Position numbers and translations under genes: made by a program. The notes beneath the pieces were generated by a model, which saw only the letters and a list, made by a program, of their open reading frames with translations, was not told where the DNA came from and ran no database searches. 64,000 nucleotides of DNA from Ramazzottius varieornatus (lineage: Eukaryota > Animalia > Tardigrada): positions 7,678,448 to 7,742,447 of the forward strand of contig BDGG01000002.1 of NCBI GenBank assembly GCA_001949185.1, given 5' to 3'. Position 1 is the stretch's first letter. Each line of letters begins with the position of its first letter. Below, one piece after another: positions 1 through 14,548 of this stretch.

Positions 1-2629
1 ATTTCGCCCTTCACGCCGTGCCATTTGTGCAGCAGCATCAAGATTCGAATCAGCATCAGCTGGTCTGACGCTTCTTTGAACACACCAGCGTACGGCCATA
101 CCGCCAGCCAGTTCAGCTCCTTCTCAAAATTTCTAGGTCTAACACCAACACAAAACCTTACTAATAAGCTGCTGGATTCGGTGAATTATTGATAGCTTCG
201 TTCTTACATATCGTCGACTTTTCCACACTGCGTCCAGTAGTCCACGACCAGTTCCAAAGCACACAACGTAAACAAGATGGCTTGTCTTGTGGTGCCTTCC
301 ATCGCTGGGGTGTACTTTTCGTACTTTGGAAAGAATTCTTCGTGGGCAATTCGGTAGTACAAAGTGAGGTACGATTTCGTCAACGAAGCCGTCCTAATGG
401 AAAAAAAAGAAACACGGGTCATGTCTATAAGACGTTCATCCGATTACAGGTAAGTATTCCGCTCACCATTTCTTGTCGGTCCGTTCTGCGAAAAACTGGA
501 GGAACTTTCTGATCATCTGGTTGATCCGCAATTCTCCGCAGCCTCGAAGGAAGCCGACAATAGCGACTTCCTCATTCGTGGCTGCTGTGAACAGCTCTCC
601 AGTGCTGTCCTTTCCCTTACCGTTGGAGTTCTTCTGGACGATACGAGAGCTGAACTGCAGCGACGCTTCGTCCAGCTTGTAGATCTCTCTGATAAACTTT
701 GTCAGCATTTCACGAATCGTTCCTTCATCGCTTTTAATGACATCTCGACGCTGGAAAAGCCCCTGGTCAAACATTACTAGACACACTATTGATTGGCCGC
801 ACAATGTTAGCTTACCCGTCCAGAGCGTCGCTTTTCCGCGTGTTCGAGACAGACTGGATCAATCTTCCTCTTATTGGTTACCCCGGTCAACGCTGTCGCA
901 TCTCCGCTCATCGTAGAGTTATCTTGGCTGGCGCTAGAGATCAGGAGCTCAGGGACCGGTTTGGCGGCGGAGGTGTCGGGAGCTACGGAGGAAGCGGGAA
1001 CTTCCGGCTTAGTAACTATCAATATCGCGTTCCACAACTGCAACAGCAAACGAAATAAAAACCCGAAAATGTGCATTTGACGATCTAAGGTTTCAAAATC
1101 TACTTTTTTCGCGTCAAGGTCTTCGAATGTGTTCGCGAGCCTATCGGCCAAGTGTGGGAAGGTGTATTCCGTCGGTAATTGAAACGGCACTTGTTGCAGC
1201 TGCAACGCCGGGTTATTTTCCCCGCTGACTTCCGGTTTGAACCACTTCCTCTTCACAAACTCTGCTTCATCGATGAACCTCTTCGCGAACGGCTTCAACG
1301 GTTGCCCCACATTCTTTGAAACCTTTCTCAGTGGTTCATACCAGGTTTCTCTGAAATGTTCGAAATCATGGAATATTTTATGTACAAACGTTAGAGCTCG
1401 ATGGTGCGACGGTTCCATTTGCAGAGCCGAATAGCAACAAGTCAGGCAGGCCGGAAAGTAGTTGAGAGCGAAGGTGATTGTTATCAGGTTGTCTAAAGAC
1501 GGCCAGTGAGTTGGTCGGATGGCGAGTGCGTCTTGGAAGTAGCTCGCCGCCAAGGGGAAGTTGTCCATCTTAATGGCCAGATCGCCCATGTTGTGGATCA
1601 TCACAACGTCCGTGTAGTCTATCTCGGCCACCCTCCTCAGGTACTCCAGCGCCTTTTCGTAGTGCTTCTGACGCTGTAGTAGGTTGGACACGTTCTTCAA
1701 GACTGCGCATTTCAGAGCTTTCATCCGGTCGTTCTCTGTGTCACCTGAAAGTGTGAAAAGCACTAACTCGCATATGACATCACAAAACCTGACAGCAATG
1801 TACAGTGCAATACATTAGCCGACTATTACGTCATGTTAAAAAACTGGCACGGCCTTGTTCAGCTTCAGCATGTAATTATTGTAATAACTTTTGATCGGAT
1901 TTGGGCATTAAAAGTCACATTCTTACCAGGAATTTCTTGTAGAATGTCTTCAAACTTGTCCTGAGCTTTCACCAAAGCCCTGTCCTTCTTTTCTTGGCTC
2001 CAAGTGACGTTCAAAGTCTTGAGCACGGACAGCGTTTGCTTGTACTTTTCCAGCAGCCGCTCTTCTTTGGCTTCGACAGTTATTGGCAAGTCTTCTTCGT
2101 CCTCCTCTTCATCTTCACTAGACGTTAACGTCCGTTCCTCTTCGTCCTCCGAGGATGAAGACGATGTCTCAACATCCATGCTTCGAGAATCCGCTGCTGC
2201 TACGTTTTCCGGTGGCTCTTCCGCGAGCGAAGCTGAAATATTCTCGCTAGACGGTTGTTCAGCCACATTTTGGACAGCAGATAAATTCAGCTGTTCTGCT
2301 TCCAGTTGCTCGTTCGTCAGTGTCATCACACTTACGTCCCAATCTTCGTCCGACCGGGGACCAAGTATAACTTCCTCGACGATAGTCTTGTCAAGATAGA
2401 GGGATTCAGGTTCAGCTTTAGAGTCAGCTGCATCACTACCGGGTGAAGAATAACTCGACGCTGGTCGAGGCTCTATACTTCCATCACTGGTAATGTTGTT
2501 AGTGTTGTCTCCTTCGTCTTCAGACACAAGACTGTCGGCAGCGACGACTTTACTCGCAGAGTCCGAGAGATGGGGCTGGTCCATCACGATTGCTTGAGTG
2601 GCATCGTCTTCCTCCGAGCAATCGTCCAT
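1..2629 (-). CDS. CABIN1: Calcineurin-binding protein 1 (HIRA complex subunit), 5' exons; gene runs off the left edge
   Basis: Acidic N-terminus, then TVEAKEERLLEKYKQTL and TPR block LKCAVLKNVSNL...EIDYTDVVMIHNMGDLA...THWPSLDNLITITFALNYFPACL, which matches the CABIN1 N-terminal TPRs (NPDHWPCLDNLITVLY); KRRSGRV motif; GT-AG introns such as 1926-1745. Confidence 0.85.
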
Positions 2630-3525
2630 GGTCAGTTCAGCTCACATGCGTCCAATTTCCGCTCCTGTCAATGCAGCATCGGTTCCATTCTTTCTCTTCA
2701 ATGAAGGCAGGACATCTGTAAGAAGAGCAATGAGAGAGAAGTTGTGCCATGGGGAAGCCGGAAAGGCAGTAGAGACAGGGAGTCCCGGAGAAGCAGATTC
2801 CGTTTTCCGTAAAAATCAGTGTAGTGCTGCTGAACCGCGCGTCCATCTGAGACCAACTTGCCATAGAATCCGCTTCATCATGATACGGACTGTCCACCAA
2901 GATAACGCGCCAACTCCCGCACAAGAGGGCTGGGTTCGATCCCGCAAAGTTAGCTTTTTGGTTTTCCAACAAGCCATAATTGTCACTTCGTAGTGCCTTT
3001 TAACCCAAAATGCACGTTCATCGAAGGTATACTCATCTAGCGTAATTATGGGGGGAAAAAATATTTGGCCACAGGCCGAAAGCGGCAACGCTTCGATTGA
3101 TCGTCAGTTAAGCCGGGAGATACCGCCTTCGGCCGGTGGCAAGAAATTTGTTCGCCGCCAATAATTAGGCCAGGCGCGTGTACGAAATTTTCCTGCAGAC
3201 ACACGAACGATGTCATTAAAATGGGAACGAAGTACGAATGGAAGCATAAAGGACCGTCGGGACAGGTCTTGACAGCCCAACCCTGTCCTCTTTGTTTGTC
3301 TGACCACCGGGCAACTGCATGTGCGTGCTTGAGGCAGCCGGTTCTGCTGGACTTATCATATTACATACAGCCCAGGTGTACAAAGACGGTCTCGACGAAG
3401 GCAATTACTTCTCTAGGTCCAGTATTGGTAAACCATACATTCAAAGTCGGCAGCATAATTTCAAGATGGGTTCACGCTTTTTATGGATTTGAAGATATCA
3501 GGGCCTTGTAACTCGAATTGCACAA

Positions 3526-4340
3526 TTGCTAATAATTTACGTTTCTACTTGTGCTAACGCGCTAGTACCATGTCCAGTTTTGATCAGTGAATTCAACGTT
3601 GGGGAACACGATGATTCTGAGGTTCCCGACTACGTGGAACTCAAGAATTTGTGCATCTACAAGCATCGGCTTGACGGATACTCCATGGTAGTGTGGGATG
3701 CTTTGAACGATGTCTTGCAGTTTCAAATGGACCCATCTGGGCTATGGATACAAGATTTTTTTGGTTATCGACCAGCAGACTATAAACAGAGCAAATGTCT
3801 CAGGGTACTCGCGATTCAGTCGTGGCAGTTTCCTGTAAAGTGAGGACCGTGTAGCCAATGTCGTTGCCATTTACTATGATTTCAAGTTTCAGCCGGAGAG
3901 AACCTTTTACGACGAAGGACAGCATTATGTGTCAGCTCCACGAATCATCCTTCCGGAGCGCATTGTCGATTATGTGATGTACTTCTCTTCCGCTGACTAT
4001 AACTGCGCAGATTTTGATTACGCACTATACGTCGCGGATTTCATGGCTGGCGAGAGAAAAATACCTGCGCCCGCAGCAAAAGATATTGGAAAAAGTTCGG
4101 AATACAGCGTTTGCCGGCATCCAGAAGCACTTTCCACATCGATAGACAAGGAACACCGTAAAAGTTTGTTAATGGCCGTTTGCTCATCATGCAAACGTGG
4201 TATGTTGCTTTCAGACTCTTTCTGTGGATGCTGTCCAACGTCCGGTGGACTAAATCGATACGAATAGATGTTCAGTTCTTCACAAATCTGTTCTGCACGG
4301 GTTAGGAGAGCCCCTACGCCGGAAAATTGAAAGTGTTCTG
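3526..4340 (+). pseudogene. Decayed lamin-tail-domain (LTD)-like module
   Basis: PVLISEFNVG..DYVELKN..LDGYSMVVWD, then after a frameshift VVAIYY..IVDYVMY..EYSVCR..PTPEN*KC; pattern resembles LTD-like extracellular modules; contains stops and frameshifts. Confidence 0.45.
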
Positions 4341-4587
4341 TAATAGAAGAAGAGGATGCCGGAAGAAATGAGCCCGAAAAATCGGCAGAACGAAGAATAG
4401 GCAACTAAAGTGATATAATCGATTTCCGGGTGTTCCGCTAGAGTGAGTCATTTTAAATAAATATCCGTCATCAAAATGCAACTCCGTAATGAATGTTGAT
4501 TTCAGGATTTCTTGTTCAAATGTCACACGATCGTCTTGATCAGTCTCCTATTCATTTTAAACGTGGTCTCTATTTTAACAGGCAGGA

Positions 4588-7500
4588 ATGATCTCGGTAT
4601 CAACGATCCAGGCAGAAATGTTTGGACAAATTTCAGCTGGGCAGCAGCCGCATATGGGCATTTCTACCTTGGTCGGTATGGCTAAGCAGTCTTTCGGCGG
4701 TGATAAGTCCCTTTATCTTCCGTCCCACCATGAGGATCTTTTCGCCTCCTACACAAAGGAGAAAGACAGATCGGAATGGTTAGCTTACCGTTCGACAGAT
4801 GGCGCCATGTGTTGTTACCATTGTGTTGATCACTGTGCTGACCATCCTCAGGACAAATCCGTCCGCCGTGAAACCTGGTGTAACTTTTTGGGGTCTACGC
4901 GAACCCAAGTACTCCTGCGGCTGACAGGCAGAAAGTCCTTCACGATGAAGTCCTTCGGCACGAGAAAACGCCCACACACACCATGTGCACCGAGAGAGAT
5001 GAAATAAATACAGTTCGCGGATCTCTGGGTGGTTGACGAAACCATGAGATTAAAGCTAAGCAAGAAATATGCTTCCACTGTTAAAGTGTTTGATCTAGTC
5101 TACACTGAAGCCTATTCCTACGTATCTTATTCATCCCATGCGGAATTCATGAACGCAGCTAAAAGATACGGCGTCGATATGGGAAACTCACATGTCGCGA
5201 TGGGCAGCTGGAAAAATCACGACTCACATCAGCATGAAGATGCGCTGTATGCTGGTGGCATGGCTGACGAAGATACAGCCATATCTCGGTGTGATGATCG
5301 ACGAGTCCACTGACCGTGGTGGCTCGCATAACCTCATCATATACATTCGCGTCGAGATCGATGGAGACCCAGTGTTGTTCTTTTGGGGACTAGTCAAGTT
5401 GAGAGAGACCACAAGCGCTGCAGACATCACTGACGCACTACTCGATGTTTCAATCGCGTCACAGGCCAATAACTGGTTGGGTCATAAGCGAGACTAGATG
5501 GTCAGGAAGTGGGTTGAGTTCGCAACTGGCGGTGCGTTGGCACTAACCGGACTCAACAGAGTGGCTAACAGACTTGCGGAACAATTCCCACTCATGATGT
5601 CCACTCACTGCGTTGCCCATCGTCTACAGCTCACTGTTGTCGACACGGTAAAACAGACAAGCTATTTCCATCAAATTCGAGGATGCAGTCCGTGATATTT
5701 ACTCGTACTACTCCAGGTAAGAAAAGTGGTAGCACAAACTTTCTGACTGTATCTTACAAATACGCACAAAAAACACGGCAATGCCTTTGTCTTTTGAAAT
5801 ATCAAACACAAACTTACTTTGCATACAAAACATGAAAGGACAGAATCCACTCGACCAACCGCTATCGATAGCGTCATTTCCTTCAAACGCTTGACTATTA
5901 TTCAGTGTATGTGGGCGAGTTCCCTAGTTCCCTAATTTATAACTAACTAAGGAGAGGCGCACAGTTCTATTATAGCCGGTAACTTATCTTTACACGCAAT
6001 GGTGTGGGGACCGATTACCATGGAATTGCCCACCGCACAGTAGTTGACCGTAAACTTAAAGTTAGAGGAGTGAGACCCTAGCTGGTATCGCTGTGTGTTT
6101 GGCGTCCATTAATAACGATGGCCGCGCCGCACTTCGCGTAACACAGCACAGGCCTATGGTTTATTCAATGATGGAGGAATGGTCAAAGGCCGCCGTATTG
6201 TATCCTCATTTAGCTATGGAAACTAAGTACATACGGCGGCAGTAATGTACACTATCGTTTAATGCCGATTCCATCTATTAGGGAACGTACTAACATTCGG
6301 AGAAATCATGAATGGGCTGCTGAAGCTTTCTGAAGGTGGAGACCGCTAACAGTGAATGCTGAGGAAGAGCTACGAGGATATGGATTCGATAGTGGTCTCT
6401 GTCGTGTGAGTGCCAATTCTACATTATCACACAGGAAACACAATACTTGTATCATTGTGGGTCTTTCTGGCGTTCAGTCGTTGCTACGAGGGCTCCCCAG
6501 TCATGCGTTATGGGTAACACCCTGAACAATACTGTCATCAAAAGTGCTCACTTTCCGTAACGAATCAGGAACACCTTCAAATGGCCTTGGACCGATCTTC
6601 CGACATTCCATAACTCCAAAGTGTTTGCCGTATTATTTGAGGTTTAGCGCGACCATGATCTTCGCCCACATGTACCGCATAATTATTAAGCGTGTCTGCA
6701 CTAAAAGAAAAAAATGACACTACGGTGACACCATTGACGGTCAATGGAGCTTACAATGTGGGATATGCCCGCTGGTAATATTTCAACGTTTCGTTCGTGA
6801 TTGTGCATCTGATGAGCTACTGTTCTGCAGGTCTCCAAAAGCCGCGAGGAAACTTCAAAGCGTAACGAATCTTCTGGACCAAGATTTCCTGCAGCCCAAA
6901 AAGCTTCTAGAGATCCCGAGGGTAGCGTCAAAGCAGGCCGCGATACGAGCGATTATTCGCGACCACAACGGGCTTGTCTGAGACAGTGGTGAGGCCGTGA
7001 CCTTGGCGGCTGAAGGAGGCCTCTGAGAGCTCGGTTCACCAACCTCTAAAACTTTAACACATCAACTCAGTTCCTCCTAACTCTTCCCTTTCTTCAAGAT
7101 CTCCTTGCTGAGCTATCCAAATTATCGGCGAGGTTTTAGAGAGAAGATTACCGGGTTTTCGACTTACATGACACCCTGGAAGGGTTCGTCCAGGTTCTGA
7201 ACAGTTGGCAGCATAACGAGTCACCGTCTATCACGGCGCCGAAGGACAAAATCAAGTTCCAACATGACCTAGTCTTGTTTCAGGAGCGTCCAAAAACAAT
7301 CGGTACACCGGTTAACGGCAAGAAACAATAAATCGTGCCGATGACATCAAATATAGGCAAAGCTTTTCCTCCTCTTTTTTTGACTGCAGACTATAACGGC
7401 AACTCTTTTACAGCTTTCCGCAAGGAGTCCCTGAACCTACTGCAAAAATTTCTCATATTCTTCAACTTGCGTTTCCCCGAAACGGAAGCGACGAGACACT

Positions 7501-7930
7501 TCCGGGTGTTCCAGTTGAACAAGAATCCTCACGAGAAAGGACGCTATGGCGATACACATACAAGTGCTGGCCCGATACTTTGGATTCAACCCGCTTACCG
7601 TTCTAGCACAGTAGACCCAGTTCAAAGCAGAGTTTACGGCACAATTAGAGCCAGTCTACTTGACAAAGGAAAGCGTCATTTTCATGCACAACATACTGTG
7701 AAAGACACAACGTCTTCGAAGAGGAAGACTCCGAGCTGGAACAGCTGTTTGTTGTCGCTTCTGTACTTCCGGTCAGTACGGCAATTTGCGAACGATGTTT
7801 CTCCATCCAGAATGTAATCAAGACTGTCGAACTCGACGGAACGAACGAAGCTTGAACGCGCTCATGCCGATAGCCATAAATGGGCCGCCACCAGGAGAGA
7901 TGGATTTCCTGAATATCATCCTGTTATAGG
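4588..7930 (+). mobile_element. Decayed intron-containing hAT transposase (ZNF862-like)
   Basis: TTF-type zinc finger WLAYRSTDGAMCCYHC; catalytic region GVMIDESTD..LIIYIRV; THCVAHRLQL; intron 5717-6830 joins YYSR|SPK; C-terminal dimerisation motif LPVSTAICERCFSIQNVIKT..SLNALMPIAINGPP at ~7760-7900; multiple frameshifts and stops. Confidence 0.85.
6189..6240. repeat. Isolated inverted repeat GCCGCCGTAT-N32-ATACGGCGGC
   Basis: Perfect 10-bp arms, inside the long transposase intron. Confidence 0.7.
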
Positions 7931-8745
7931 CTACGGTCTGGCAATCTTCCCTTCTGAGTGGAATCCACTCCAAGCAAGCACCGCTGATAGTGAGGATCTT
8001 AAAGAAATAAACTAGTAGCAGATATCGGCGCGATCTCCAGACAGCGTGCAAGTCTAACCTTATACGCGGGAAATGGCCGGAGACGAGGTAAGAGTTTTTT
8101 AGCCGTATTTGTTCATCTAAAGACAACTGACAGTCTGTGAGACATTGTGCCTTTCCTTGTAGAGAGAAGCAGGATCGAAGCGTTACCCGAATCTAGCGAG
8201 GACGACTACGATGTACAAAAGACATCACTGTACAGTCTCCCCTTGGAATATTTCCTGTACTTTCCACTTGGAATTACTGTCATATTCCGGATTCTCGACT
8301 GGGATCCGAAGTGAAAATTCGTGGGAGATCAAACAGTGATGTGTTTTGTGAACCGCACAGGAAGAGTCTTCGCTCCAACATTCGCGCAGTCTTTGTCTAA
8401 CTTTTTCACGTACTAACTCACCTCCACCAAATATATTTGGTTCATGTAAGGCACCAGTGTCACATACTTTTCATCAATGACCATTATACTTCGAGCTGTT
8501 GTAATTGTCCAAGTTTACTGGATTTTCGCAATAAGGTACCACTCAAAAGTATCAGTCACCGTTGTGAGGTTTCACGCTCAAAGCATATTTTTGGCGGCAG
8601 TCCATATGCAAATATCAGAAAGTACCCCTGTGGCCTGCAAACCTTAGCTTGTCGTGGTCCGGGGTGAATTTTTACCGGTACTGGTAGGTAAGTCTCTCAT
8701 TCCATAACTTTTTGTTTTCACGAAATTTTTGCTATATCTTCTCAG

Positions 8746-9485
8746 AAAACGTTCGCTCTCGTTTCCCTTATCCTTGTGGTGATCATCCCGCCCGGAATTG
8801 CTGCCCAGCATAACCGTAAGTTTGCCTCTAGAAGAAGGTTCTACTTGTACTCCACTTTACAGATGGTCGTAATCTAACGTGGTTAGATCATTCGTGACTT
8901 ACAATCAGTCCACACATATTGCCTAAGCTTGATTGTTGATCATGGATCATGGATGGTATAGTTGCGTCAGCCTACAGCCATCGGTGAGGCTTCCTATACC
9001 CTTAAACATGTCTTGTTTCAGGCGGTTAGAACCGTATCCAGCCTACTACGGTAGCTGGCAATACGATTGCCCTACCGGAAGTGAAGCTGGAGGAAAGTGT
9101 CCGCCACTGTCCCGCTGCACCTCCATGCCCACCTTGCCCTCCAAAACCGAGTGTACCTCCCTGCCCAACCTACAACCGGACGGAGCACGACCTGGAACAT
9201 CGAAAGGATCGTGGTGCCAAGCACGGAGACACTGGTGATTGAAAGTGCCCCCCTCCGTCCGTGAAGACTTACTCGAAGGTTGCCGGCATGGAATTCAGCG
9301 CAGCAACATCCTGCAACGGAACGTCGCCGGAATTCCTCCTTGCCCTAGGACTGGGTTCGACAGGCATGCTGTGCTTCACGGCCATCGCCCTAGGCTACTT
9401 GCAGTATCTGGGCAAGAGTACCGATCAGCTCCAGCCGATTCGGCGGACATGGCGGAGAAGGGATGGAAGGCCAAAAAGACACTGA
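8746..9485 (+). pseudogene. Decayed gene for a small secreted or type I membrane Cys/Pro-rich protein
   Basis: Signal-like TFALVSLILVVIIPPGIAA, GT-AG introns, CPAAPPCPPCPPKP segment, hydrophobic LLALGLGSTGMLCFTAIALGYL followed by a basic tail; frames broken by shifts and stops. Confidence 0.4.
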
Positions 9486-9836
9486 ACATCGTCAAACAGA
9501 AGCTGGGCCCTTGCCGCCGGAACAGCTGGAGCTGATCGATACGTTGAGTCAGGATACTCGTTTTACTTTTTCATTTGAATTTTCGTCTATTTCTTGACGT
9601 TTACCTTATTGCTTTCCATATGCACGGAGTCTTTCATTTTTGCGTGATACCTTGTTCGACGCCAGATGTTATATTGTTTTCTTCCCCTGATTGGACTTTT
9701 GTCCGCTTTGTACAGTTTTAACTTGTAATGGTCACCCGACGTGTTGCCCTTCCCATTCCGCCGCAGACGTAAGCAATCAAGAGCTTGATCATGCGTTTCG
9801 CTCTCCAGCAACGCGCGGTTCAGCAGCACATCAGTG

Positions 9837-10446
9837 TAAGGTTGTAAATTCCTAATTCCATTCCTTTCCACATTCCGTTCCATTCCTGGAATTCCGTTCC
9901 GTTCCATTCCTGGAATTCCGTTCCGTTCTAAGGGGTAGCTGTTTGGAACGGCGGAATTCCTATTTGGAGAACTAGCAAAAATCGGAGAAAATTTAGGAAT
10001 TCCACCAGGTAAACAGTCGAAGATCCAGCAGATCCTGTCGAAACTGAACCCGAAGCTGGCTCACACATGCGTACCACTGAGGCTAATTGGTCGTTCAGTT
10101 GAACGAGCAATAGCATTTTCGATCCGTCGCACTAAAGAATGCGGCGCATTCAACTGTGCGTAAGTCCTTGATTTTCCCTTGGACTTTCAGGTCCGAGAAG
10201 ATCGAAAATTCGGATCGGCCAATCTCCAGCTGGCTTTCAGTCTCAAAACCAATATTTTTTGATGACTTCAGATCATGTTTACTGTTTTAGATGGGTATGT
10301 AAGAAGAACTAAACTGGCAAATGGGGGTTTGGAATTCTAGATTTTTGCGAGGATCTTCTGGAGAAGGGAATAGGAATATAGGAATATTAGGAATTCCTTT
10401 CCTATTTTCCATTCCAAGGGCATTCGGCCTGGAATTTACAACCTTA
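9837..10446. mobile_element. Non-autonomous hAT element (MITE), 610 bp
   Basis: Perfect 16-bp TIR TAAGGTTGTAAATTCC / GGAATTTACAACCTTA; perfect 8-bp TSD CATCAGTG (9829-9836, 10447-10454); subterminal TTCCATTCC/GGAAT repeats at both ends. Confidence 0.93.
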
Positions 10447-11001
10447 CATCAGTGGTAAAAATATAAAATCAAAGCCAAAAACACAACAAGGTGTACTCGT
10501 TCGTCCTTCAGTCCAGGTCTTACCGCCTTAGTACGAAGTACTTGTCGCGCCTCCTACGATTGATTGTACCTTGAAATGAAATCTATTGTTCTAGAGTCCA
10601 GACTTTCCTTCAGAAAATCAGTCATCTTGAACTTTTTCATTCTTCACCGCCATTCTTCCGTTGTTCGTGTGTCTTTTGTTTCAGGTCCGTGACTAGGCCT
10701 TCATCAGCTTTGGACGTCATTACCTGGGGCAATAACAAGAAGGCGCGGACAGCAACGGCCGACTCAAGGACGATCACAGCGTCCAAAATGGACCTTTGGA
10801 CCAAGCCTTCTGATGAGATCGAGGATTTCTCATCGCGATTAAGTTAGGTAGAATACAACGACGTAAACTGCTATTTTACAGTGTGCACTCCGCGGAGCAA
10901 GGTTACGGGAACTGTAAAGTATTGCGATGCATAGTGATCAGTTTTGCGATTCTGTTTAGGCCCTGAAACGGCAGCAGCGATCTTCTCGATCTTCGTAAAC
11001 A

Positions 11002-12718
<1,717 letters not shown>

Positions 12719-13954
12719 ATATCCCGCCAGACAACATTTCTAGATCGTTCTTTGTTTTGCATCTATGTTTTTTCGAGCTGTAATACAATACTGTATCAAA
12801 ATGGGGAAAAACCGTCCATCTGATTTAACGTCTTAAGCGGAAATTAGAAGTATGTTACGTTCCGTAGTAGTCATCATTGTCGCTGCCGTCTTTATCATCT
12901 CCGTCCATGTCTTCGTAGTTCCACTGGTTTCTGAATTTCCCCAGTGTAACCTTGAACTGGCCGTTGCTGCGATGGTCAGCAAACCGATCATGGCTGGTCA
13001 TGCTTTCTTTCTACGCCGAACTTTCTTCAACTCTTCCACGTCTTCCTTCCATCCGCTCAGCGTCCCAGAAACAACGTCAGAATCTACTAGCTGGTCCTAA
13101 TCTCTCCAGTAGATATCACCAGCAAGAACTTGGTTAAGATGCAGTGTGGTGGTTGCTTCTGGGTCCAAAGACTCGTAATCCGTGCTTCTGACAGCCTCCT
13201 CGCATCTACGCAAAGCAACCGTTCCACCGCGATCATGTATCAGAATACTCTTTTCACGTCCAGGAAACGGAAATGAGGAACGACCCTTAATATCGGGCCA
13301 AAAACGGGCCGGTATCTTCAACGAACCTAACTGCAGACCCAAGTGACACTAGTTACTACGGTAGTGGTCCATGGAGCTGCGTAAGGTCTCCTGACACGTG
13401 TGGAGGTCCAGAACCATTTCTGATCGGAAGAGAGCCAAACATCTCTCATTTCCATCCTCCTCATGGAGTGGACTACATTCCATACACGAGCATCGCGCTT
13501 ACAAGTGAGCTGTCAACGAAACTTCGTCTTCGACTTGCGCAGTACTCTTCGACTCTTCCTCCGCTGTTTTCTGACGTCATCGACCGTGTTGTCCTAAGAA
13601 AGGACCGTAGCCCTCAGAAAGTCGGCAGTCACGTTCGTGAGTTCGCGCGTGCTTTATGCTGTACGTACAAGATTAATGATAACTTGATAAGACGCCGTTA
13701 CTTCTTTCTCAACTTAATTGCTCAGAACTTTCAGACCTATCATCGGCGCCTCCATCTTCATCCTGGTCCTGCATGACATCCTAAAAACAAATATCCAACA
13801 GATCAGGATTAATGCACGAGTTGCTTGTACGAATAACGAAATAGTTGCGTGTTAGGGTTGCCGGGATTGTGGAACCATTTGTGGCCATGGTTCCAACCAG
13901 AGTTCTGAAGCATGTATGAGTAGCCCAACCAGAGTTCTGAAACTGTACTGTATT

Positions 13955-14067
13955 TAGGGTCAACCCGACCATGGTCGGGTCGCACGTGTGGCCATCGTCG
14001 CGCGACCATGATCGGGTTGCACGTGTGGCCATCGTCGCGCGACCATGGTCGGGTCGCGCCCACCCTA
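13955..14067. mobile_element. Tiny hAT-type non-autonomous element (113 bp) with an internal 37-bp tandem repeat
   Basis: Ends TAGGGT...ACCCTA; flanks ACTGTATT / ACTGTAAT (7/8 TSD); interior is ~2.5 copies of CGACCATGGTCGGGTCGCACGTGTGGCCATCGTCGCG. Confidence 0.7.
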
Positions 14068-14522
14068 ACTGTAATATTACTATTTACTTTATTACTGTAT
14101 GTTCTTTCACTATCTACTGTGGTTTGGAATGGGTACTTCGGCGAGGGTCTTATCCGCTGCCGGTCCGTAGAACACGGCATGGAATACTTCGCTCCCAATC
14201 GCCAGAAAAAATCCTGCAAAGCTAATGGGAACCTTTCCACTAAAGCCACGGTCCCGTCTTCAGATACCCGAAGGAAGAACTCTCCCGTAACTGTGTCATC
14301 GCTCTTGAACTTGAAGACCACGTCGGCTGGAACAGTTATATGTTTTTGAAAACATGTTTTCCTCGCAACCGCAACTCCCCGTCCGCCCCTGCCATCCCCA
14401 GTCCACAACTCCACATTCTTCATAATGGAGGCGGTGTTGGAACCGTTCAGGGTTACTGCTGCGGATATCGCGGTAATAGAAATCCGCGCCTTCAGTGCCG
14501 ATCGAGTGCATCTGTGAGCGAT

Positions 14523-14548
14523 GCGCACAGGATGCGCATCCTGTGCGC
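14523..14548. repeat. Perfect 26-bp palindrome GCGCACAGGATGCGCATCCTGTGCGC
   Basis: Read directly; no spacer. Confidence 0.9.

Noticed and set aside
2931-2945. GGGTTCGATCCCG B-box-like motif
   Set aside because: No A-box or cloverleaf upstream.
3068-8637. GGCCACAGG / CCTGTGGCC as TIRs of the large hAT remnant
   Set aside because: Only 9 bp and no 8-bp TSD visible.
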